Positions 55,297 to 64,000 of a stretch of 64,000 nt of DNA are shown piece by piece. The position numbers and the translations under genes were made by a program. The DNA comes from the human T2T-CHM13v2.0 reference genome, Homo sapiens. A model generated the notes under the pieces. The model was not told the origin of the DNA. It ran no database searches and saw only the letters and a program-made list of their open reading frames with translations. The stretch lies in assembly GCF_009914755.1 (NCBI RefSeq), contig NC_060941.1; one strand, given 5' to 3'. Position 1 is the stretch's first letter, and each line of letters starts with the position of its first letter.

Positions 55297-56364
55297 ACCA
55301 AACCATATTTTAGTTAACATCTATTAAATGGCCAATTGAACAAATGTTCCAAGGAGCACATTTTAAGAAGTGCTCCTCTAGGAATATCTGAGGCAAGTCC
55401 AGCATTCCCAGCTTTATGTGCCTTCCTTAGCCTCACCATTCAAAGGGCACAGCCTTTGCTTAGTGTTTAATATGGGCAGCTGATCTCCCTGCACAAACTA
55501 AAGCTCCCTGAAGGCAAGAACTTTTCAAGATCATCTTTCTATGCCCAATGCCTGGCACAGAGCCTAGCATACAATAGGTGCCCAATAAATGTTGGTTAAA
55601 TGAAAAAAAAAGTGGAAATGATGGCCCTGTCATCGTTGTAACTGTATGGGCCTCTGTTTTGTCCCAGGAATGTGAACAAGATGATCTCTAAGTATCTTCC
55701 CATTTTCAATGCCTTGGAGTTAAGCAATCAACATCCCTTCTTTAATAAACCATCTGTGACGACTGGAAGCCCAGACTGGAAGCCTCCATGCCAACCTTGC
55801 CATGTCCACTCTTGATTTCCGGTTTCATTTTATCTATTAATTCAGCCACCATTTACTCTGCTCTTATTAAGTGCTTCTGTTGTGGACATAACAAACATGC
55901 AAGACACACTCTCTGCACTGGAGAAGCTTAGAGTTTCTGCCAGTCTAATTGGCACTGAGATTTGAGGCTCAAAGTCCTTAGACAGAGACATGCAGAGGAA
56001 GGTCAGTCACCCAAAGTTACAGAGCAGGAGGTGGCATGGCCAAACTCGAACCCTAGGCCTCAGAGGCCCTATTTACTGCCCTCTCCTCCTGAGTCCAGAC
56101 AGTAAACCATCCTGCCTTTGGTGGAAATCCAAGAAAGTCAGCTTGTCCTGGCATGGAGCGTCTAACTAATTAAGCATCTTTCTCTCCCTCTCAGGCAACT
56201 CTGAAGGCTCCTCAAGCAAATTTGGGGATTTCCCAGAGGGGGCCAGGCTCTTGTCACTTCAGCAATAATATCCTTTCACACCCTCTAGTGGTTAGAGGGC
56301 AACCCGACATCCTGGAGGAATGAGGTGACTCCCCTGGGCCTATAAAGTGAGCCTGTTTTACTAA

Positions 56365-56640
56365 ACACAGTCCTCTGGGAAAGCAATTTGGCAATAAGTA
56401 TCAAAAGCCATAAACACAGTCCTACCCTTTAACCCAGTAATTCCACTTCTGGGACTCTATTCCAAGGTGATAATCCAAAAATAAAGGCAAAGTCTGTTAG
56501 CACAATGATGTTCATTGCCTCATTGTTTATAATATCTAAAATTAGTAAATATCCTAAGTGACCAAAAATAGGGAAATGGTTAAGCAAATTATGGCACCTC
56601 TACACAAAAGAGTAAGTATTATGAAGCCACTTAAAATGAT
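56365..56640 (+). mobile_element. Old L1M fragment
   Basis: GAAAGCAATTTGGCAAT...CCCTTTAACCCAGTAATTCCACTTCTGGGA...GATGTTCATTGC...AATAGGGAAATGGTTAAGCAAATTATGG. Confidence 0.8.
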
Positions 56641-56679
56641 GGGAAGTGGCATGGTAAAATAGCAGGGATATGAATATGG

Positions 56680-56885
56680 AAATTAAGAGGGACCAATTTG
56701 GTTTCTATCAGTTGGTTACTGCTGACAAGCTACTTAAGCCCTCTGAGCCTCAGTTTCTCATCTATAAAATAGAGCTAATGACACCCACCTTGAAAATGGA
56801 AAAGATTAGGTAAGAAACTGTGTGCAGAGTCCCTAGCACCATACTGGGCACACAGCAGATATATAATAAATGGAATTGTTACTAC
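56680..56885 (+). mobile_element. MIR SINE
   Basis: CTCTGAGCCTCAGTTTCTCATCTATAAAATAGAG. Confidence 0.75.
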
Positions 56886-58052
56886 TGTTATTCCTAAGCT
56901 TTAAAATTATGTTACAACAGGAAAAATACATCTGAAACCACAGTAAGCAAAGAGAAAACAGCAAAATAGTATGTTCACTATGCAAAACAAAGAAAGAAAC
57001 ATAGGAAGAAAACTTCTGAAAGATATACATCAAATGCTGACAACAAGTTGTTTTTTCCCCCAGCAAAAATTTCTTGAGTAGAATGTGCTCAGAACTGAGT
57101 GTGCATTCAAGATACGAAGATTAAAGACAGCATGCTAAGGAACTCACAGTCCACTAGGTGATTCAGTTAAGTCAACGGGCAGCACAGATGAAAGCAGGTA
57201 AAGGGGAGGTCTCAAGAAAGGTTAGCTTGAAGTAGTAGCTGAGCTGGCTCTTGAAGTCTGATACACTTTTCCGAATCTTCCAAGAGGGTGTCATCTTATT
57301 TTGCAGAGTTTAGTTTCCTGACACTCACCCAGCTTCCACCTACGTAACGCATTTGGGAATGGCTGAGGAGAAGAGTTGAGAGGAGGTTAGTAGAGACAAA
57401 GCGTATTAGTTTTTACTGCACCCCATACCCAACATAATCCTGCAAAATCTTCAGTCCTTCCTATATAGGGAAGTTCCCTAAAAGAGGCACAGATAGTGAT
57501 ATGCCAAACCAGCAAGCAAAACACAGGAAGGAGTTGAGGTCATTTCTTCTCTCTCACTGTATTAGCTACTTTGAATTTTCCAGAGAGACTCATGAGTATC
57601 AACCAAAGTTTTACATTATTTTGCAAGGTTTTCTCCCCTGGCTGTTGTAGCAATAAGGAACAAGCCCTGCAAGCCTCTTTGACTCTACACTAAATGTAAC
57701 AGATGTTACCAGTGTTTCTAAGGTCTCCAGCCTGGAAAACACTAGGATCATGAAGGCAGGAAGGAAGCAGTTCTTCCTTGGCCCCCTCTCAAGAGAAAGA
57801 TCATTGAAATTGCAGCCCCAATCCAAATCTCCTCTCTAGATCAAGAGGTTAAAGTCATGGGGGTCTCACAAATTGCCCTCGTTTTCTTCTATTCCCATTT
57901 GATCTCTAGGTTTCTGGGTCTTAAGGGTAGGACCTGGATAATTTGAGGTGCTCAGAGAATTCAGATATCATTGTAACTGCCAGCCTCATTCCCTGGATAA
58001 TTCATCCATTACCTTCCAAATCCCTTCTGTCCATCTCAGAGAAGTAGTTCTC

Positions 58053-58466
58053 TGTCCCACTTACTGTTGCTGCATAACACATCTCCCCAAGCTCAGTGGT
58101 ATATATAGCTTTTTAAAAATACCAATGGTTTTGTTATGTCCAGGGATTCTCTCTAAGTCAGAAGTTTTTAAAGGACACATAGAGTAAATGACTCTTTTTC
58201 ATGTCTCTAGGGTCTCAGCCGAAAAGATTCATGTTGGAGCTGACTTGAAGGCTGGCAGGTGGAATCATCTTAAAGCGTATCTGGTAGGTAATGCTGGCTG
58301 TAGACTGGGACTTCAGCAGTGGATGTCAGCAGGAACACCTACACATGGCCTTTCCATGTGGCTGCTTGGGCTTCCTCACATCATGGTGCCTGGATCCCAG
58401 GAGTTAGCCTTCCAAAAGAGCCAAGCCTTGAGTCACATGCCATCATTTCTGCTATAGTCACAACCC
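58053..58466 (-). mobile_element. MaLR LTR (MLT1F/G-like)
   Basis: TTGCTGCATAACA...CCCCAAGCTCAGTGG...CACCTACACATGGCCTTTCCATGTGGCTGCTTGGGCTTCCTCACA.CATGGTG. Confidence 0.8.
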
Positions 58467-60778
58467 ATCCATTTTATGCTGGGTCACAAGTGGTCTTTGG
58501 GCCACTGATACCATGAAGAGTGTTCTTCTCTCTTTTCACAGCTCCCACCCCCAGAGGACTGTGGAACTTATTTCATGGGAACCAGGCCAGAGTATCACTA
58601 GCACTCCCCAAACTTGTTCCTAAGTCATTTACACATCAAGTTATGACATCTTCTCCCACCAAACTGTTCCCATTCCCCACATCCAGCACAAAGTCTTAGG
58701 AGGACAAGGTAACCCTTTTTTATCACTATCTAAGAAGTCTTAGTCCAAAAGCTCATTATCAGCCCCAAAATGTTAAGGCACATAAGCCTTTCCCATTAAG
58801 ACAAAACAAAACAAAGCAAAACCCTAGTAGACTCACCTGGCCACCCCTCTGGTGTATACCAGATATATATGAATTGGCTGAAGCCCAGGCCTGCACAAGT
58901 GAAGTCAAGTGAGGAGGAAAGTCTTTGAGGATGTGGCTACATAAAACCCTAAAGATGGCTTTAGTGCATAGCACCCTGGGAATCTCAAATTGGAAAGAAG
59001 TTGTTTGACATATAGAAGTAGGCCCCATTTGAAGAAAATCCAGTTGGCAATAATCCAAGCTTTTAACCACAAATTTTTTAAATGCAGGGGTGACTTCCTC
59101 ACTTTCTATCAAAAATGATGCTTTTATTAAAGGAACTTCCTTGAAGGATTTAAGTGTTGGTTTATAAATTGGCAGCAACTAAGAGGCAGAAAAATATAAA
59201 ACTAAGAATTGGGCTCACAGCCAATCAAGGACGAATCACAAATCAAGACTAACTTCTGAAGCTAAACACCCAGCATTGTGGAAGTGGGATTAGCTTTACA
59301 CACATGCGCGTACGCTTTAAATGACAAACCGGGAACCCATTCATTATGTAAAGTCAAGCATTCCTATGATGTGGACCTGGCACTGCATCCCAGGCCTGCT
59401 GAGTAACATGAACAAATGCAAAGAAGCAGTAGGACAAGGACAGCATGTTTATGGAAAGTGGAGGGAATGAACATGCCTAGGGAAGAGACTCTTGTGTCAG
59501 GAAGCAGGTGAACATAAAGTTGGCCAGGTAGGGTGGGGCCACTTTTGCAGGCCAAGATGTTTTTCCTCCAAGAGGAGCATGATCAAAGAGGAGTTTTTGG
59601 AAGATTAATCTGGTAGAAGCACCTGAGGACAGTATTGAGACAGGGACAGCAGCTATGGAGTTTTCACAGCCATGAAGCTGTGAGGGGAAGAAGGAGGAGC
59701 TGGTGGTCTCTCTCCATGAGAAAGGCATAAAGGAAAATGGCACATGTATTCAGCCAGGCTCAGATTTTACTGCAAGCCTTTTCATCTTTGGAACAATGAT
59801 ATTTCTAAACTATTTCCTAAGAACCATCTTTTCTGGGACTCTAAGTCCCTCTTGAACTGTCTTTCCAGCTTCTAAAACTCCACATTCTTAGGAGAGGGAG
59901 TAAGGTGGGTTAAATCCAAGGTTGTTCAAGACATAGATGAAGATTAATGGGGACTAGTAATTATTTAAACAAACCTATGGGTCCTTAAGCCTCCAAGAAC
60001 AGAGTCATCTTTCAAACCTGGACTCTAAGGAGGCCATGTTCCAATGACAAATAATCAAACAATCAAGTCTTCATATTTCTTTGGGGACTACCTTCAGAGT
60101 CTTCAATATATCCATTTTAAACATAGCCATATCATATTTTAACAATATTGCTGTTGTTGTTGTTTTAAGAAATAACCACAAGCCAAATCTGGTAGAGAAA
60201 GAGATAATCACTCAAGCTAGGTAATGGCCCTTTGGGTTAAAACAAACAAATAAACAAAACAGGTGGGACTTGGAAGAAATACATTGAGACAAAGTGACTG
60301 AGAGTGTTTTCTTATCTTTATCATCTCTGCTATATGTGTAATGATATCTCATTCTTCATTCATATTATTTATCTGCACCTTTGCTCACTTCATCTTGACC
60401 AATATTGCTAGTTTGTCTTACTTTAAAGTCTTTTCAAAGATCTAACTTGGAGGTACAGGAAGTTAAAAAGTAAAGAACAACAAAAAATGCAATTGATTTC
60501 CTTGTGCAATTGTAAACTGGCTGAGAAGAAAATTTCCCCAAAAAGAAGTTGTAAAAAAGATTTTGAGTAAGAGTAGTAGTTCAATTTGGCTAACACTAAA
60601 TGAAGACTCTCTGCAAAGATGTCATTGTTTTCATCAACAGGACTCGGATGCAGGTAAAAAGTAACAAGAGTCACTGCCCTCAAGGAACCTATGAACTACT
60701 GAATGGCCTCCCATGTTGGCTACATTAACAGAAATGGCATTTATGAAGTGTCTAATTAATATTTTTCATTTCCTCTTA

Positions 60779-61175
60779 TTGTGACAGAGACATTAAATTC
60801 TCACTAAATGGCCATGGGCTCTCCTACCTTTCCCAGGTTCCCTTGCAGTTGGATTAGAACCATGTGACCATTTCTGACCAATGGAACATGGGAGAAAGTG
60901 ATGTATGCAACTTCCAAACCTAGTGCTATCAGCCCCTATGTAGTCCTCCAGCTTTCTCTTTCCATGCTGCAGTGATCACGTTATACGATGACCTGGTATA
61001 GCTGTAAGACAGGAACAGCCAAGACCCTGAGTCACCACCCGGAAGAGAGGTGCTCTAGAGATTCACTTGACTCACATGGGGATGTTGTACGATAGATATA
61101 AATTTTGATATGGTTAAACCACTGAGTTTTGGGCCTTTCTTTGTTACCACAACTGAGCTGATCTTATTCTGACAT
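60779..61175 (+). mobile_element. Old MaLR/ERVL LTR (MLT1J/K-like)
   Basis: TTCCCAGGTTCCCTTGCAGTTGG...CATGTGACCATTTCTGACCAATGG...AAACCACTGAGTTTTGGG...TTGTTACCACA. Confidence 0.7.
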
Positions 61176-61559
61176 TCTTGCTAAAATTCCGAAATAACCA
61201 TCATAATGATTGTCAACATAGTGTGGTGGAGAAATAAAAACCTTTAGAGCAGCAACAACCTGGGTGAAGGTAATGATGCTTAAAGGTGGCTCAGCTCATC
61301 AGTCATTTGCAGTTAACAAATCTTGGAAGAGACTAATCCTCTTCCTCCTGAGAGAACAGACTTATTGCTCCTGGAGACAGGGAAAGAGAAAAGATGGCCT
61401 ATCTCAGTCTTCCGGTGGACAATCTGGGAGAGTCAGATCACAGACTGCCTGAATTTTTATGCAACAGGAGTGTACCCCTTCCACCCATATGCTCTAACAT
61501 ATCCAGAAAGGACTTCCAAGACAATTAACTTTCTTCCTTTAAAATTATTTCTTCCTTTA

Positions 61560-62140
61560 AAAAACAGATATATGAATATTATTTTCTCGTTACAATATAT
61601 TTATATATTTTTTAGATCAAACCAAAGAGTTGAAGGGAAGTTCCTTCCACTTTCCTAGAATAACCACACTGGGCCACCTTTCTTTATTGTTCCAGGCTGT
61701 TCTTTGCATTTATATCCATATAAAGGTACATAGTTTTGCTTTGAGTCTTCAGTGTACTTTTGGTCCTGAGGCACAAATGGGCCAAACAGCAGGTACCATT
61801 CTGCCCTGTTGTTCTTTGACTTTATGACTTGTTTCTTTTCTGACTTTTGATGTATTTCAACATGTTTGGTCAACTTAATGCCTTTTTATTGCTGCACAGC
61901 TCTCCACAGTATGGAGGTACCATAATTTATGTAATGACTTCCCCATTGGTAGACATATATAGTGTTTTGAAACTGTAATGAACATGCTTGGAATGCCCCT
62001 TTGTGTACACAAGCCAGTATTTCTCTAGGATGGATACCTGAAAAGGAACTATCTGCTTCAAAGGATTTGCATATTTTTAGTTTCAATAGAAACTGCCAAA
62101 TTGCTAAAGAAAGAAGCCATACCAACTTATACTTGCATCA
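61560..62140 (-). mobile_element. Old L1ME fragment
   Basis: CATAATTTATGTAA...TCCCCATTGGTAGACAT...GTATTTCTCTAGGATGGATACC...AACTGCCAAATTGC. Confidence 0.75.
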
Positions 62141-62477
62141 ACAATATATAGGTTCTGATCTTTTTTTTGTTAAGAAATGTTGATGACTTATAGATTGAAG
62201 AATTTTATATTAACAGACGTGCAATATTGGCTTATTATGAGGTTGCCTCGGCACTTGCCTGATTGCAGAGAAGGATGATCCTTTATTGCCTGCCAGTAGG
62301 TTTCACCATGGTGTTCATTAGCCACAGGCCCTGGCCCCTCCCAGGAAGACCTCTTTCAATATTGACAGGGGGGGATTTTTTGTTCCTTTAGTGAGCAGTG
62401 ACCTCTAGCTGTTGTGCACTGCCTTTTTGAGAGTCACAATCCCCCGGCCAGACCACCCAGAATTGTAGGCGTAATAG

Positions 62478-62692
62478 CAGTGGTACGTTAGGACCAGGGG
62501 AAGACGAGGGAAGAGCTCACCTTGGGGATGCCAAAAATTCAATTATCAAGATAGATATGTAGGATCAAATGCAGTATTTTTGAAAATCAAAATTAATGCA
62601 AAAAGTCCACAATTTTAATACAAAATTTCAAATAGACAGGATTGGTATTAGTGATTTTTTCAGTGGCCTCAGGCTCCAGTAGGATTCTGCAA
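62478..62692. mobile_element. MER96-like hAT-Tip100 element
   Basis: ATCAAGATA...TGCAGTATTTTTGAAAATCAAAATTAATGCAAAAA...AGACAGGAT...GCCTCAGGCTCCA. Confidence 0.55.
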
Positions 62693-62744
62693 TAGTCCAG
62701 AACAACAGTCATCTGTCATTTTAAGCAGATCTGGGAGACTCGTA

Positions 62745-62756
62745 GACAGACAGACA

Positions 62757-62795
<39 letters not shown>
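62745..62795. repeat. (GACA)4-(CA)18 compound microsatellite
   Basis: Directly visible. Confidence 0.95.
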
Positions 62796-62797
<2 letters not shown>

Positions 62798-63059
62798 CTT
62801 AAAATCCCTGCTTGCCTGTGTGGCCTTGGGGAAATTGCTGAACCTCTCTGAGACTCAGTTTCATTATTTGTGAGTTGTCAAGGAGTTTTCAATAAGCATC
62901 CCCCACCACCTGTACTAGTGCTTGTGCTATTGTTAGGCACCAATGCAACCCTACTGGCTGCTGGTTCTTCTATGATCCTTGAGCCTGGTTTGGCCTCTTA
63001 CCTATTTCCTGGTGACCAAGTGACCCCTTTATAGACTGGAGATTGTTAATAGGAGGGAA

Positions 63060-63285
63060 TGAATATTTACTGGGACTTTTTTTAAACTACACTGTGGGAT
63101 GGGTACTTCCATGCATTATCTCAGTTAATCTGCATAGCAACCCTTCAGATATATAGATGAGAAAACTCAAGTTCAGAGAAGTTAAATGACTTGCCCTCAG
63201 TCACAGAGCAAGCCAGTGGCTGAGCGGGGCTCTGGAACCAGATCTTGTATATGTAAGTATATAGTCTAACGTTTACTTCTCTCTG
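63060..63285 (-). mobile_element. MIR SINE
   Basis: AGATGAGAAAACTCAAGTTCAGAGAAGTTAAATGACTTGCCCTCAGTCACAGAGC. Confidence 0.85.
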
Positions 63286-64000
63286 GGCTGTGTCAGTAGA
63301 AGCAAGAGAAAAGAGCCTGCTACATCTGAATACAGACCTCAAGGGCAAATGCTCCCTCCCAACTGTGTATCCGAATTAAAAACAGCAAGTTTTGTTCCTG
63401 ACTCAGCCCAAACCTACTACCTTCAGAGGTGCTTGTTTCTCTTGTCCAAACCCCAGGATGCCTGTGATTTCCTCTCCTAAAGCAGATGACCGTTGGCCCA
63501 GCCTCTCCTCACTGCCTCCCACCTCCCCAACCCCACACCACTCACTCCACCCAGATGACACCCCCTTATCCCTCCTGACATCAAGGTGGACAGTAAAACA
63601 ACACAGTTCCATTTACCTTCACCCTAGCCCGCCCCCGGCTCAGTCACCCCACTCTCTGGGCCTTTCTGCCAAGCTCTCCAGGCAGCCACATGCACAAGAG
63701 AAGGCTGAGGGTGGGCCAGGCTGTGCAGAATGAGGGTTTTCAGAAGCGCTCTTGGCTCCTGCACTTAGAACCTTTGGAGACCTCTGGAGGTTCAGCAGCT
63801 ACGTGCTCCTCTCTGCTTGGCCCAAAGGGGTGAAGGCCACCTGGCCATGCCAGGCCGGGCCAACATGGCGACATGGCCCCTGGGGAAGTGAGAGAGGGGG
63901 CTGGAAGGAGGAATTCCCTTCCCAGAGTCACACCATGGTTAGATTCTATTCCAAGAACCTGCCTCTGCCATCCCTGTCTTCTTCCCAGCTTAACTTCCCT

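Overview
Repeat-rich, non-coding primate (most likely human) nuclear DNA. It holds about 22 Alu SINEs (J, S, one Y-like chimera, one monomer, one nested pair), dozens of old MIR and L2 fragments, about 10 MaLR/ERVL LTR remnants, a 5'-truncated primate L1 3' end, several old L1M fragments, hAT/mariner MITEs (MER20, MER58A, MER5, MER45A, MER91A, MER96-like, MER117-like, MADE2) and many microsatellites. No protein-coding exon, structural RNA gene, CRISPR array or prokaryotic system can be supported. Every supplied ORF is explained by Alu/L1 sequence, low complexity or chance. I cannot name the locus. The most unusual directly visible features are local sequence-copying events: a ~44-bp insert apparently copied from 760 bp away and flanked by an exact 20-bp duplication (26213-26319), a 260-bp LTR-end-plus-flank segment duplicated 1.2 kb away (54049/55236), a ~61-bp dispersed duplication (42748/43789) and a 103-bp tandem duplication (32282). 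Also notable are an AluY/AluS chimera without TSD, an antisense Alu nested in an Alu arm, and a few repeat-free, motif-rich stretches that may be enhancers. I found no evidence for a new biological system. Repeat subfamily names come from recalled consensus sequences, not a database search, and boundaries of old repeats are approximate.
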